From positions 352,001-416,000 of the forward strand of contig CBDFMQ010000002.1 in NCBI GenBank assembly GCA_965249725.1: 64,000 nt of DNA. Direction: 5' to 3'. This document shows positions 20,381 to 31,548 of the stretch, one piece after another. The notes beneath the pieces are model-generated. The model worked only from the letters and a program-made list of their open reading frames with translations, did no database searches and was not told the origin of the DNA. How positions within the stretch are numbered: the first letter of the stretch is position 1; every line of letters starts with the position of its first letter. Source of the stretch: Longimicrobiales bacterium. GTDB lineage: Bacteria > Gemmatimonadota > Gemmatimonadetes > Longimicrobiales > Gaopeijiaceae. The position numbers and the translations under genes are program-made.

Positions 20381-21434
20381 GCAGAATCAGCGCACACGCC
20401 AGGAATATGCAGTTGGGCAACCAGGCCGACAGCAGCGGGGACATCGCGCCCGTGCGCCCGGCCGCACCGGCCAGGCGGAACACCAGCATGTAGAGGATCG
20501 TCGATCCAAGGGCGACGCCGATGCCATAGGCTGCTCCCCCCCGCTGTGCACTCGTGGCCAATGGTCCCCCGAAGAGGATGATCACCAGAGTCGCGACTGC
20601 GATGGCTTTGCGCTGCTCCTTCTTGACCAAGAGCTTGCTGGGATCTCCCCCCGAACGACTGATGTTGGCCGCCATCCGATCGATTTCCGAGACGGTCATC
20701 TCGTCTTCGTCATTGGGTCGTTCGAGCAGACTCGTGGGGTGCTCGCCGAATCCTCGGGTCCGCAGAGAGTCGAAGTGGAAGGTCAACGCGGGGCGGTCCT
20801 CCGGGAGGATCCTGAGATATCCGTCTCGGAAGGTCCATCCGTGCACGGTGTCGAACGGGACCTCCCTCGCAGAGATGTGTTCAGCGGGTCGACCGGAGGA
20901 CCGTGCCGGCACCTCCATGACCACCTCTCGAAGGCTGGCCGGCTCCACGTTCAACCGCTGGACAGTGAGCGTCCGCTCGTCGTCTCCCTTGAACACGAAG
21001 GTGGCCCGCCATTGTCTGCTGGGATCCTCGCTGCGGAGGATCTGGCCTGCCCTCCGCTTCGCGACAGGAACGACCTCACTGAGCAGGAGGCCGGCTCCGG
21101 TCAGCAGCAGGCCCATGAAGACGAGCGGGACCATGAGCCGATGAAACGAGATTCCCCCGGCCTTGGCGGCCATCACTTCCCGATGCTGCGTCATGGTGTG
21201 GATCGTAAAAACCGCCGCGAGGAGCGCTGCGATGGGAAAGGACCAGGAGACGTACTCGGGAAACTGGTAGACATAGGCCAAGGCCACTTCCTTGACCGTC
21301 AGGCCGCGTTCGAAGTAGCGATCGACGTACTCGACGATGTTGCCGATGACGAAGAGCAACGGTGCGCCGATGATGAAGAGCGCGAAAATGCGCAGGAACG
21401 TCTTGGCGATGAGGAGATCTAGAATCCGAATCAT
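20361..21434 (-). CDS. lptG: LPS export ABC permease (LptG-like)
   Basis: MIRILDLLIAKTFL, P..A.LAA.FT...M...REVMAAKAGGIS, C-terminal SAWLPN. ATGA overlap with lptF. Confidence 0.85.
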   Translation of the reverse strand: MIRILDLLIAKTFLRIFALFIIGAPLLFVIGNIVEYVDRYFERGLTVKEVALAYVYQFPEYVSWSFPIAALLAAVFTIHTMTQHREVMAAKAGGISFHRLMVPLVFMGLLLTGAGLLLSEVVPVAKRRAGQILRSEDPSRQWRATFVFKGDDERTLTVQRLNVEPASLREVVMEVPARSSGRPAEHISAREVPFDTVHGWTFRDGYLRILPEDRPALTFHFDSLRTRGFGEHPTSLLERPNDEDEMTVSEIDRMAANISRSGGDPSKLLVKKEQRKAIAVATLVIILFGGPLATSAQRGGAAYGIGVALGSTILYMLVFRLAGAAGRTGAMSPLLSAWLPNCIFLACALILLKRVRT

Positions 21435-22873
21435 GCGGGTGCTTTTCGTGGCCTCACCAGTCGCCCGAGGAAGTCGCCTATGGCGAACCACGCTTCGTCC
21501 AAGCCACCGCCCCGGTTCGCGCCCGTGGCGCGACCCATTCGGGCCGAGAGCACCAACCCCAGCGCCAGAAACGTCAGATCTGGGCCCCACATGGCCCAGA
21601 ACGGCGAGATCACTCCCTTGTCGGCCAGGTTCTCACCGCCGATCAAGCCGGCCCAATAGATGGCGAAGATCGCCACCGACACGGCGATCACCATGCCGAC
21701 TCCACCCCGCGGGAAGCGGATCGCCAGGGGCGCGCCGATCAGCACGAACACGATGCACGCGAACGAGATCGCGAACTTTTTATGGATCTCGACCCAGAAC
21801 TGGTCGACGCTGGTCTGCAGCGCGAAGATCTGGCTCTGATTCTGGCGACTGGTGAGCGCGAGCCGCCTGGTCATGTCGTCCTCGTCGACGAGGAACCCCT
21901 CACCCGCCACCGTCTCGTCCTCGGTAACCGGAGGGAGGGGGACCACCGAATATGGAGTGGGCGAGCCTTCGGGCGGACGTCCGAGTGCTTGATCGAGCAC
22001 CATGCGGGCGCGCTCGTATGAACTCTCTTGCACCCGAGCGATCTCGGCTTTCCGGTCCGCGACTTCGTCCCGCAGCATCGCGACCGACATCTCCCGATCA
22101 CTCCGCACGCTTCCACCTTGTTGACGCTCCAACTCGTCGCCCACCCCCCGCAAGGGAATGATCTGCGTATCGAACTCGGACCGATTGAACTCCCCGGACC
22201 GGTCCGCCCCGACCTCGCGGACTTCACCGTCATACAGAGTCAGATAAAGGTCGGTGCGCGCCTGATTGAACTCCATCTTGCCACTGAGCGCATAGGTGGT
22301 CCGGTGGGCATACGGGTCGCTCAAGTCGTAGATGACGACGTCGGTCATTTCGTTGGTGGTGGGGTCGATGCTGGCCGCTTGCAGGTAGACCGTGCCGGAC
22401 CGGGATTCCGTCTGGATATTGTTGATGACCCGTTCCCGGAGTTCTAGCGTCGGGCTTTTCTTGCCCAGATCGATGATCAGGTTCTTGAGTTGATGATTGG
22501 TTTCCGGCAGGACCTGATCGTTGAAATAGAACATGACGCCGGCCAGGATTATGCCGACCCCGAGTAGGGGAGCCAGCATCGTCATCGGCTTCACCCCGCC
22601 CGCGGACATGGCGGTAATCTCGTTGGCGGCAGTAAGCTCACTGAAGGTGTAGAGTACTGAGACTAGGATAGCCATGGGGAGAGTCAGAGCGATCGTGTGC
22701 GGCAGGGAGAGCAATAGAAACTCTCCGATGACGCTCCACGGCAGACCCTTCCCGACAAGACTCTCCATCCGCTGAGCGACAGCGTTGAGGAAGAGGAGCC
22801 CGGTCAAGGCCGAAAACGCGAAGACGAACGGCCCCGCGTGAGCACGGATTAGATACCTGGTGATAATTCCCAT
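21431..22873 (-). CDS. lptF: LPS export ABC permease (LptF-like)
   Basis: IITRYLIR, LPMAILVSVL..F.EL...NEITAMSAGGV, EIHKKFAIS..C..F.LIGAPL. Confidence 0.88.
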   Translation of the reverse strand: MGIITRYLIRAHAGPFVFAFSALTGLLFLNAVAQRMESLVGKGLPWSVIGEFLLLSLPHTIALTLPMAILVSVLYTFSELTAANEITAMSAGGVKPMTMLAPLLGVGIILAGVMFYFNDQVLPETNHQLKNLIIDLGKKSPTLELRERVINNIQTESRSGTVYLQAASIDPTTNEMTDVVIYDLSDPYAHRTTYALSGKMEFNQARTDLYLTLYDGEVREVGADRSGEFNRSEFDTQIIPLRGVGDELERQQGGSVRSDREMSVAMLRDEVADRKAEIARVQESSYERARMVLDQALGRPPEGSPTPYSVVPLPPVTEDETVAGEGFLVDEDDMTRRLALTSRQNQSQIFALQTSVDQFWVEIHKKFAISFACIVFVLIGAPLAIRFPRGGVGMVIAVSVAIFAIYWAGLIGGENLADKGVISPFWAMWGPDLTFLALGLVLSARMGRATGANRGGGLDEAWFAIGDFLGRLVRPRKAPA

Positions 22874-22924
22874 TCGGACAACCCTACACCGTACCTCGGC
22901 ATCCGATCCAGGGCTGGCCGCCTA

Positions 22925-25900
22925 GTGTTGGTTTCGCGTACTGCCTTGCTGGGTCTCGCGATCGCGGTGCCTTTGTCTGGTCGCGCCGTCACGGCTCAGG
23001 CCGTCCAGGATGCGGTGCGCTGGACGCCTCCCGGACTCGAGCTGCCGGCGTTCCTCGTGGCCTTTCCCGGTCGGTCCGAGGGGGCGCCGCGTTCGGTGGG
23101 CCAACTCGGCCTCAAGCCGATGCCACCTCTGGTACCCGTGGAGTTCGTCGTACCTGATGTGGTGCAAGGCGGACCCGTACCTCAGGCTTCCCGTTGGTTG
23201 GTGGCTCCCGGACCGACGTTGATTCGGCGGCGTCTCGCGCTCCGCCGCAGGGAGTTGTTCGAACCATCGGCGCCTAGTTCTGTCCGTCGGACCGTGACGG
23301 GCGCTGCCACCGCCTCACGTCTGGCCGGAGGACTGGCGGACCTGGACGTAGAGATCGTGGGGCAGGCGGAGCTGGGTGGTGATTGGACGCGTTTTCGACC
23401 CTGCGACACACGGGTGCAGTTCTCCTGCGACCCCAGCACCCTGCCACAACTCGACCCCGACATTCAGTTCGCCGTACGCGCTCAAGGGACGATCGCTGAA
23501 CGCATCACCCTGGACGTGGACTTCGATCAGGCCCGTGAATTCTCCGCCGCCAACAACATCAACATCTTCTACGACGGAGACGACGACGACGTCCTGAAGC
23601 ACGTGGAATTGGGCGACGTCACGTTCGCGCTGCCGGCGTCGCGCTTCCTCACCGAGGGGATTCCGGCGGGTAACTTCGGCTTCCTCGCTTCGGGGCAAGT
23701 CGGCCCCTTGGAATTCGACGGTGTGTGGGCGCAGCAGCAGGGCGATCTCTCGAGACGTGAGTTCCGCCTGAGCGGGGGGCCGGGGCAGGAGAGCTTCGTG
23801 CAGGTCGACACGTTGGTCCTCGATGACGCCGACTACGTGCGGGGGCAGTTCTTCTTCCTCGTAGATCCCGAGTTCATCGATCGCAGCCCGCACATCGACG
23901 TGCTTTCGTTAGACCCGTCGGCCGGTCCGGTGGCGCTCTCTCCCGGCGCCCAGCCCATCCAGGTGTACCGCTTCGAGACGGACCCCGTCACCCGCCAGCA
24001 GGTCGAGGGCCTGATCCAGGCGGACGCCTTCGCCTCCAAGGATGGAGACACCGTCGAGGAGTCGGGGTGGTTCCGCTTCCTGCAGCCCGGCGTCGACTAT
24101 TCCGTCCACTCTAGTGGCCTGTGGCTGGCACTGCGTCAGCCGCTTCGGCGGGACGAGATGCTCGCGGTGACCTACGTCACCGCCACGGGAGACACCATCG
24201 GTACGTACAACCCCGAGAGTGTCTACAACCAGGGAGGCCGTCCGCGCCTCAAGCTCCTGAAGGCGTCCCGGGCGAACCACCGTCCCGGGAGGCCGACCTG
24301 GGACCTGGAGATGCACCAGGTCTACCGGGTGTCGTCCTCGCCCGACGTGGATCCCAATTCGGTACAGCTGACGATCTCGCTGGGCGAGCTCAGCGCGGGG
24401 CGCACCTTCAAGAGAGAACTCGGGGGTAGGGACATCACGTTCTTGCGGCTCTTCGGCCTCGACGAGGAGTCACCCATCGACGTGTTGGACGAGGCGGGGG
24501 TCTACAAACCCGCGCTCGAGCTGTTTCAGGAGCAGCCGGTCATTCCGGGTGTCTTCATCGTCTTCCCGACCCTCAGACCGTTCCAGACGCCACCACCCGT
24601 AGAGTCTCTGCGTCTCAGCGACGTGCAGTCCGCGTCGATTCTCGGGGGCGACGGGAATCCGACGATCTACGAGGAGGAGGATCCGTTCCTTCGGGAGAGC
24701 GGTGGGCTGTTCCGACTGACCATCCCGTTCGAGCTGAGGAGTCGAGGTGTCATCTCCTCGTTCTCGTTGGGAGCCATCGGCATACGGGACGACTCGGAGA
24801 GGATCTTCCTGGGTGACCGTCTGTTGACCCGGGGCACCGACTATCAGATCGACTACTCCATCGGTCAGGTGACTCTCATCCAACCGGAGGTCCTGTTCGC
24901 CACGGCTTCGGAGCCGGTCGTCAGGGCCGCATGGGAGCAGAAGTCCATTTTCCAGGTGGCTCCTACGACGGTGTTCGGACTCAGCGGGCGTTTGTCGGCG
25001 GGCGAGGTTGGCGGTTTCAACTTCCTCGCCCTTCACCAGCGCGAGAGAACTCTGGTGAACCGGCCGCAGCTGGGCGTAGAGCCCGCCGCGATCACGTTGA
25101 GCGGTTTGAGCATGGACTTCGACTTTCCTGCTCGCGGACTCGACCGCCTCGTTGAGAGCATACCGTTCCTTCGTGTCGGGGGGCCGTCACGCATCGGGGT
25201 CCAGGGTGAAGTGGCGCTCTCCTTTCCCAACCCGAACATCCGCTCCGACGTCTTTCTCGACGACTTCGACGCCGCTAATGAACTCGGGCTCTCGCTGTTC
25301 TCCCATGAGTGGCTCCGTGGGGCGGTACCGGGCTTCAGGAACGGAGCCGAGGGTGTGCTCCCGGTGGCCCTCAATGAGACCGATGCTGCCCAACTCGTGT
25401 GGCAACACAGTTGGACGCTTCCCGGTGTCGGTCAGGACAGCGTCGGTGTCTTTCCCGGATTCCTCCCTGAGGACGACATCGACCGCCAGATCAACACCCA
25501 GGGGAATCAAGTGCGGGAGATCGGCCTGCTCTTCTCCTTCACACCGAACCCCGATGCGCCGGGCGGGAACTCATGGCGCTCGATCACGACCAGCCTGAGT
25601 TCCACCGGTCTCGACCTGAGCAAGAGCGAGTCTCTCGAGTTCTATGTGGCCGAGGGGGATTCCCTCAACCTGATCATCGATCTCGGGACCGTGGCGGAGG
25701 ACGCCCTCTTCTTGGACGCCGAAGGACGCCTCAACGGTGTGAAGACCAACGGGTCGAGATGGGGCATGGGGATTCTGGACCACGAGGCAGATCCTCGACT
25801 CGGAGAGATCTGGAGCCAGGAGGCGGACGCCCGTGGGGTCTGGCTCGAGTCGTGCCAATCCGAGCCTGCCGCGGTCTACTCGACGGGCGACATCAGGGCG

Positions 25901-28900
25901 AACTGTACTCGGGGGAACGGCCGGCAGGACACCGAGGACATGGACGGGGACGGAAACCTGGACACGCTGGAGCGCTACCTTCGGTTCGTTGTGCGCCTCG
26001 ATGGTTCCTCGCCTTTCCTGGTCCGTACGCGTGCGGAGACCGGCACCAATTTCGAGCTGTACCGTGTACCCCTACGGGGAATGGGGGCCACGGAGGTTCC
26101 GGGCTCATTCTCAGACGCGGACTTCCGTGCCGTGAAGCACCTTCGCTTGACCGTCGCCGGCGCTCGGGAGCAGCAGTTCATCCTCACCCGGATGCGCGTG
26201 GTCGGGACCCACTGGATCAAACGGACCGAGTCGGGCGTGATGAGAGGGATCATCGGGGATACGGCCAGCTTCATCGGTCGGGCGGAGGTAGGACCGGTCA
26301 GCCGGGTCACCGAAGGCGAGGGGTACGCTGCGCCCCCGGGGGTGATCGAGGAGCTGGACGATCCGACGGCCACCTTCGCCGGCCGTGGCTTCGAGTTCAA
26401 CGAGAAGGGGCTCAAGCTCGAGTACGAGGACCTTCAATCCGGAGACCGTGCGGAGGTCTTCAACCGGTTCCCTCAGCGCCCCCGGGACTTCCTCGCGTAC
26501 CGGGAGCTGCGGCTTTGGGCTCTGGCCCGCGACGGTGACTGGGGGCCGACACAGCCCGTCTCCTTCTTCGTGAAGGTCGGCGAGGACGACGAGAACTTCT
26601 ATCTCTATCGAACGCCGCTCACTCGGGTGGTGAGCCCCGACCGAGTCGCACCGGGAGACTGGCTGCCCGAGATCGTGGTCGACTTCCGGGAGTGGCTCGA
26701 TCTTCGACGACGGGCCGAGGAAGAGCTCATCATCAATCCGAGGGGTCCTGCGGATCCTCCGGTGGAGTTGTGGGCGAGAGACTCGACCTACGCGGTCGTG
26801 TTGAAGGACCGTGCTCGAGCCCCGAATCTGGCCGCGGTTCGAGAACTCTCGCTCGGTGTCTGGAACCGACTCGGGGGCCCGACCACCGGTGAGGTCTGGA
26901 TCAATGAGATGCGACTGTCGGATGCGCTTCGAGATGTCGGCGTCGCGTCTCACTTCGGCGTGGACATAGAGGCCTCGGACGTGTGGACCACACACATGAC
27001 GGTCACGAGCCGGGGGGGCTTGTTTCGACAGCTCGAGGACAACCCCACCTTCCAGGCCGACCGCGTATTCAGTTTGAACTCTACTCTGAACGTGGAACGA
27101 ATGACGCCCGCGGCCTGGGGGGTCGAGATTCCGCTCACGGTATCCCACGTCCGTGCCGATCAGGATCCGCAGTTTCTTGCCCGCAGCGACGTCAGGGCTG
27201 GGAGCGTCCAGAACCTCAGGAAGACCGGGTCCAGCCGAACCCGCGTCGACGTCTCGTTCCGGAAACGCACTCCGACATCCAACCCGGTCGTCGGACTGCT
27301 GCTCGACGGATTAGAGGCTCGAGCGGGCTACTACACGGTGGCTTCGAGCTCGATCACGGCCGAGGGGTCCTCGGAGGGGGTCGACGCTCGCCTGGGATAC
27401 GGTCGGGCCGTGGGCAGGCGCGACTTTGCGGTGGTCCCCGGGTTCCTGCGTCCGGTGCTCCGTTGGATCCTTCCCACGGCGTGGGAGGAGTCGATCGTGA
27501 ACGGCCGCCTTCGGTGGACCCCTGAGCGTCTGTCTCTGGGTGCGTCATACGCCCGAACGGACCAGCGAGCGTTGCGCTTCGACCAAATCGTCGAAGGTCC
27601 GGGGGACGATCTTCTGCCGGAGACGCGCTCGCCCAGGGAGTCTCTGGAAGGCGCCATGGAGATCGTGTTTCAGCCGTTCCGTGCGGTCACCGCCCAGGCC
27701 GATCTCGTTTCGATTCGCGACTTGCTGCGTCCGGACGAAGCCGTGACGGATCCCGAGGTGCAGGAATTGCTGGACGCAGAGCGCTCCGAATTCGGGGGCT
27801 TCGACTTCGGTTGGGAAACGGATCAGCTCATCCGGACTCGAATGAACTACGAGCCCCGGCTGGGAGACTGGCTGCGGGCCAATCTCGGCTGGCAGACCTA
27901 CTACTCGAGTGACCGGAACGCCACGTTCGTGGATCGCGACCCACAAGGGGCGGATACGGTTCTGGCGTTGCAGCGCAACATCAACGGCCAACGCGATTTC
28001 ACGGGGCAGTTCACCATCGTGCCTCAGGCCCTGCTCGGCACTCCTGCAGAGGACCCGGGGCGGTCCGGCTTCGACCAGGTCATGAGACAGGCACTCGCTG
28101 CCGTAGATCCGGTGTCCATCACCTACCAGGACGGGATCACCTCTCGATTCAACCGCGATCCCGTCAATCCGGGCTTCGAGTATCGATTCGGCATCTCGGA
28201 CATCGATGGCTATCGATTCCTCGAGGCGGATACGGCCACCACGCTCACCGACCGGGTGGGGTGGACGGTGCGTTCCGGTGTCCGCCTACCCGCGGTGATC
28301 CAAGTCGGTGTGAACTACCGGCTCAGCGAAGCCAACACGCTCGACACCAGGAGTGACCGTACCCTGAAGCGTGAGACGTGGCCGGACGTCTCGGCTACCG
28401 TCAGCAGCCTGCCACTTCCGGAAGAACAGTCGCTCCTCCAGCGGGTGAGCCTGTCCACGGGATTCCAGCGGGTCCGGCAGGAGACCGCGTACGGCGGTGC
28501 GGGGCAGCAGCAGCGCTTCCAGGAGGACGAGCGCATTCCGGTCGATGTTGCGGTGGTATGGGGTGGAGGGGTGTCCACGAGCTACCGTGGGTCGTTCGTC
28601 AGTGGTGAAGGGGGTGACCCGACCGGGGGCACGGAGCGGAGGAGGGAGAACCACACGGTCTCGATCTCGGGCGCTTTCCGGCCGCCCTTGGGGCTCGCCG
28701 ATCGTCTCGAGAGGCCACTCACCACGTCTGCGCTGGTCCAGTACACGGCGGACAGAAACTGCCGCACCACGGCGGGGGGCACCGACTGCGTGCCGTTCCT
28801 CGACGAGCTCATTCGAAGCTTGATGCTGCGACTGGAGACCACGGTATCGAGGACGGATCTACGCCTGCAGCTCTCATACACGAACCGGAAGTCGTTCGTC

Positions 28901-28981
28901 GGGCTGCAGTCGGGGTCGACCCAGTTCCAGTTCGGGTTGTTCGGTCGCTTCATCATCGCCGACGACGCGCTTCTTCGCTGA
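22925..28981 (+). CDS. sprA: SprA/Sov-like giant outer-membrane beta-barrel protein
   Basis: 2018 aa with signal peptide. SprA-like motifs ELGDVTF.LP.SRF, WDLEMHQVY, L.RGTDY.IDYSIGQV, FLDDFD, DTEDMDGDGNLDT, VKHLRL, GEVWINEMRL. Amphipathic beta C-terminal half. Confidence 0.8.
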   Translation: MLVSRTALLGLAIAVPLSGRAVTAQAVQDAVRWTPPGLELPAFLVAFPGRSEGAPRSVGQLGLKPMPPLVPVEFVVPDVVQGGPVPQASRWLVAPGPTLIRRRLALRRRELFEPSAPSSVRRTVTGAATASRLAGGLADLDVEIVGQAELGGDWTRFRPCDTRVQFSCDPSTLPQLDPDIQFAVRAQGTIAERITLDVDFDQAREFSAANNINIFYDGDDDDVLKHVELGDVTFALPASRFLTEGIPAGNFGFLASGQVGPLEFDGVWAQQQGDLSRREFRLSGGPGQESFVQVDTLVLDDADYVRGQFFFLVDPEFIDRSPHIDVLSLDPSAGPVALSPGAQPIQVYRFETDPVTRQQVEGLIQADAFASKDGDTVEESGWFRFLQPGVDYSVHSSGLWLALRQPLRRDEMLAVTYVTATGDTIGTYNPESVYNQGGRPRLKLLKASRANHRPGRPTWDLEMHQVYRVSSSPDVDPNSVQLTISLGELSAGRTFKRELGGRDITFLRLFGLDEESPIDVLDEAGVYKPALELFQEQPVIPGVFIVFPTLRPFQTPPPVESLRLSDVQSASILGGDGNPTIYEEEDPFLRESGGLFRLTIPFELRSRGVISSFSLGAIGIRDDSERIFLGDRLLTRGTDYQIDYSIGQVTLIQPEVLFATASEPVVRAAWEQKSIFQVAPTTVFGLSGRLSAGEVGGFNFLALHQRERTLVNRPQLGVEPAAITLSGLSMDFDFPARGLDRLVESIPFLRVGGPSRIGVQGEVALSFPNPNIRSDVFLDDFDAANELGLSLFSHEWLRGAVPGFRNGAEGVLPVALNETDAAQLVWQHSWTLPGVGQDSVGVFPGFLPEDDIDRQINTQGNQVREIGLLFSFTPNPDAPGGNSWRSITTSLSSTGLDLSKSESLEFYVAEGDSLNLIIDLGTVAEDALFLDAEGRLNGVKTNGSRWGMGILDHEADPRLGEIWSQEADARGVWLESCQSEPAAVYSTGDIRANCTRGNGRQDTEDMDGDGNLDTLERYLRFVVRLDGSSPFLVRTRAETGTNFELYRVPLRGMGATEVPGSFSDADFRAVKHLRLTVAGAREQQFILTRMRVVGTHWIKRTESGVMRGIIGDTASFIGRAEVGPVSRVTEGEGYAAPPGVIEELDDPTATFAGRGFEFNEKGLKLEYEDLQSGDRAEVFNRFPQRPRDFLAYRELRLWALARDGDWGPTQPVSFFVKVGEDDENFYLYRTPLTRVVSPDRVAPGDWLPEIVVDFREWLDLRRRAEEELIINPRGPADPPVELWARDSTYAVVLKDRARAPNLAAVRELSLGVWNRLGGPTTGEVWINEMRLSDALRDVGVASHFGVDIEASDVWTTHMTVTSRGGLFRQLEDNPTFQADRVFSLNSTLNVERMTPAAWGVEIPLTVSHVRADQDPQFLARSDVRAGSVQNLRKTGSSRTRVDVSFRKRTPTSNPVVGLLLDGLEARAGYYTVASSSITAEGSSEGVDARLGYGRAVGRRDFAVVPGFLRPVLRWILPTAWEESIVNGRLRWTPERLSLGASYARTDQRALRFDQIVEGPGDDLLPETRSPRESLEGAMEIVFQPFRAVTAQADLVSIRDLLRPDEAVTDPEVQELLDAERSEFGGFDFGWETDQLIRTRMNYEPRLGDWLRANLGWQTYYSSDRNATFVDRDPQGADTVLALQRNINGQRDFTGQFTIVPQALLGTPAEDPGRSGFDQVMRQALAAVDPVSITYQDGITSRFNRDPVNPGFEYRFGISDIDGYRFLEADTATTLTDRVGWTVRSGVRLPAVIQVGVNYRLSEANTLDTRSDRTLKRETWPDVSATVSSLPLPEEQSLLQRVSLSTGFQRVRQETAYGGAGQQQRFQEDERIPVDVAVVWGGGVSTSYRGSFVSGEGGDPTGGTERRRENHTVSISGAFRPPLGLADRLERPLTTSALVQYTADRNCRTTAGGTDCVPFLDELIRSLMLRLETTVSRTDLRLQLSYTNRKSFVGLQSGSTQFQFGLFGRFIIADDALLR

Positions 28982-29044
28982 CCCTGTCCCCCTGATGACC
29001 CCGGAGACCATAGCGTCGCCCGGAGCTCTCGCTCAGCATGGTAC

Positions 29045-29707
29045 ATGACGTCCGCGGAATCCCGGGCCCTCGCACGGGCTGCTCTTCTAGTACTGGTTCT
29101 GTGCGTCGTCCGTGCCCTCGCCGCTCACCGTACTTCTGGAGATTCGGCGCGGTACGGGGCCTCCCCGGTGGGGACGCTCCTAGCCGAGAGCGAGGACCGC
29201 CGGAGCGAGGACGCGCGCCGAAGCCGGCCGATTTCGGCGGCGGAGCCACTCGATCCCAACTCCGCCAGCGAGGAGGAGTTGGATCGTCTACCGGGGGTAG
29301 GGCCCGCCACCGCGCGTCGAATCGTCCGAGTCAGGGACGAAACGGGAAGATTTTCGGGGCCGGAAGACCTCCTTGCGGTCCCGGGGATCGGTCAGGCGAC
29401 GTTGGCAAGGATCGGACCGTTTCTTACGTGGCCTGATGGCTCCGGGGGGCCCGTCCGGCCCCGGGTGGTTCGCCCCGAGCGAGGGGCCGGCCGACCCTCG
29501 CAGACGCAGCGCGTGCTGGACCTGAACCGGGCAAGCCAAGAGGACTTGGAGGGCCTGCCTGGCGTGGGTTCGACCCTCGCCGCCCGGATTTTGGCTCTGC
29601 GCGACACCCTGGGCGGATTCCGCACCGCGGACGACCTCGAACGGGTCCGAGGGCTCGGTCCCGCCACGGTAACTCGCTTGAAGCCCTTCGTAATCGCTGG
29701 TCACTGA
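29045..29707 (+). CDS. comEA: ComEA family helix-hairpin-helix DNA-binding protein (two HhH pairs)
   Basis: N-terminal hydrophobic segment. Two copies of D.N.AS.E.L..LPGVG...A.RI...R...G.F....DL..V.G.G. Confidence 0.85.
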   Translation: MTSAESRALARAALLVLVLCVVRALAAHRTSGDSARYGASPVGTLLAESEDRRSEDARRSRPISAAEPLDPNSASEEELDRLPGVGPATARRIVRVRDETGRFSGPEDLLAVPGIGQATLARIGPFLTWPDGSGGPVRPRVVRPERGAGRPSQTQRVLDLNRASQEDLEGLPGVGSTLAARILALRDTLGGFRTADDLERVRGLGPATVTRLKPFVIAGH

Positions 29708-29807
29708 GGGATTCCGTGCTTGCCCGGCAGGGTCGCCCGATCCTACCTTTGGCTGTACGCACGCAAACGTTTCCGCCTGATTACGCTCCCAGAGGAGGGC
29801 TCCGGCG

Positions 29808-31523
29808 ATGGCAACAAACGTCGCAGAAGTTCGCCTTGGTGACCTTTTCGTAAGAGAAGGCCTCATCGAAGCGGGCCAGTTGGAAGAGGCCCTGAAAGAC
29901 GCTAAGGAGAGCGGGACCCGCGTCGGGTTCTCGCTCGTGAAGCTCGGGTTCGTCGCGGAAAACGAGCTCACGCGGATGCTGTCGAAGCAGTACCGACTCC
30001 CCGCGGTCGACCTCGAGAAGGTCACCGTCGAAGAGAAGATCTACAGGCTCATCGACGGCGAGATGGCGTACAAGCACTTGGTCTTGCCGCTTCGAAAGGT
30101 GGGTCGGACGCTCACCGTAGCGATGGCGAACCCGTCCGATTTGGAGGCGGTGGACGTCCTCCGGTTCAAGACCCGCTTCGACATCGAGCCCGTGATCGTC
30201 GGAGAATACACCCTCCGCAACCATCTCGAGCGCTACTACGGTGCCTCCGAAGACGCGATGGACGACCTCCTCGGCGACTTCATGGAGGAGGACATCGAAT
30301 TCGTCGAAGATACCGAGGACGACGACAACATCGCGGCTCTTCAGGCGGAAGTCGACGAGGCCCCTGTGGTGAAGTTCATCAACGGCCTCCTCACGGACGC
30401 GGTGCGGAAGGGTGTCTCCGATATCCACATCGAGCCTTACGAAAAGGAGATCCGAGTACGGTACCGGATCGACGGTTCTCTCTTCGAGGTCATGAAGCCG
30501 CCCATGAAGATGAAGGCGGCCTTGACCTCACGAATCAAGATCCTGTCGGACCTGAACATTGCTGAGCGCAGGGTGCCTCAGGACGGACGCATCAAGCTCA
30601 GGATGAAGCGTAAGGTCGTGGACTTCCGTGTCTCCACGCTGCCGGTGATCTTCGGTGAGAAGATCGTGATGCGAATCCTGGACGCCGGAAACCTCACCTT
30701 CGACCTCGGCCTGTTCGGCTTCGAGCCCAAGGCTGAGGCGGACTTCATGGGGGCGATCGCGAACCCCTACGGTATGGTCCTAGTGACGGGACCGACGGGT
30801 TCCGGGAAGACCACTACGCTCTATTCCGCGCTCTCGCAGATCAACAACGAGGACGTGAACATCATGACGGCCGAGGATCCGGTGGAGTACAACCTGCACG
30901 GGATCAATCAGGTGCTCGTCCGAAATGAGATCGGGATGACCTTCGCCGCAGCCCTCAAGGCGTTCCTGCGGCAGGACCCGAACATCATCATGGTCGGTGA
31001 GATTCGTGACATCGAGACGGGGGGCATCGCCATCAAGGCCGCCCTGACCGGCCACCTCGTGCTCTCGACCCTCCACACAAACGATACGCCGTCCACGATC
31101 ACGCGTCTGATCGATATGGGCCTTGAGCCGTTCAACCTGGCCGCCGCGCTCAACCTCGTGACCGCGCAGCGGCTGCTCAGACGCATCTGCTCGAACTGCC
31201 AGGTCGAGACGACTTATGACGACGAGTATCTCAAATCGGCCAAGCTGGACGACGAATGGCTCAACAAGACGACCCTGTACAAGGGTGAGGGCTGCGACAA
31301 GTGTGGCGGCTCCGGATACAAGGGCCGTCAGGGTCTTTACGAGGTGATGAACATCAACACCCCGATCAGAAAGGCCATCATGTCCAACTTGAGTACGGAC
31401 GAGCTACGTGACGTCGCTCTTGCAGAAGGGATGCTCACGCTTCGAATGGACGGGCTCCTGAAGGTGGAGTGAGGCATTACCACGCTGGAGGAGGTCATCA
31501 AGGAGACCTCGACCGCGGACTAA
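29808..31523 (+). CDS. pilB: Type IVa pilus extension ATPase, with in-frame TGA at 31470-31472
   Basis: RLGDL N-domain, SDIHIEP, ERRVPQDGR, GPTGSGKTT, EDPVEY, RQDP, tetracysteine Zn motif. The conserved tail GITTLEEVIKET lies after the TGA and ends at TAA 31523. Confidence 0.93.
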
Positions 31524-31548
31524 ACCACACACCCTCAACGACACGCGA

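Noticed and set aside
8146..31472. Stop-codon reassignment, selenocysteine or pyrrolysine to explain the in-frame TAG and TGA
   Set aside because: TAG and TGA end many genes normally here (S9 peptidase, pilT, hinT). The PilB position expects Arg, not Cys. No sel/pyl genes are in the window.
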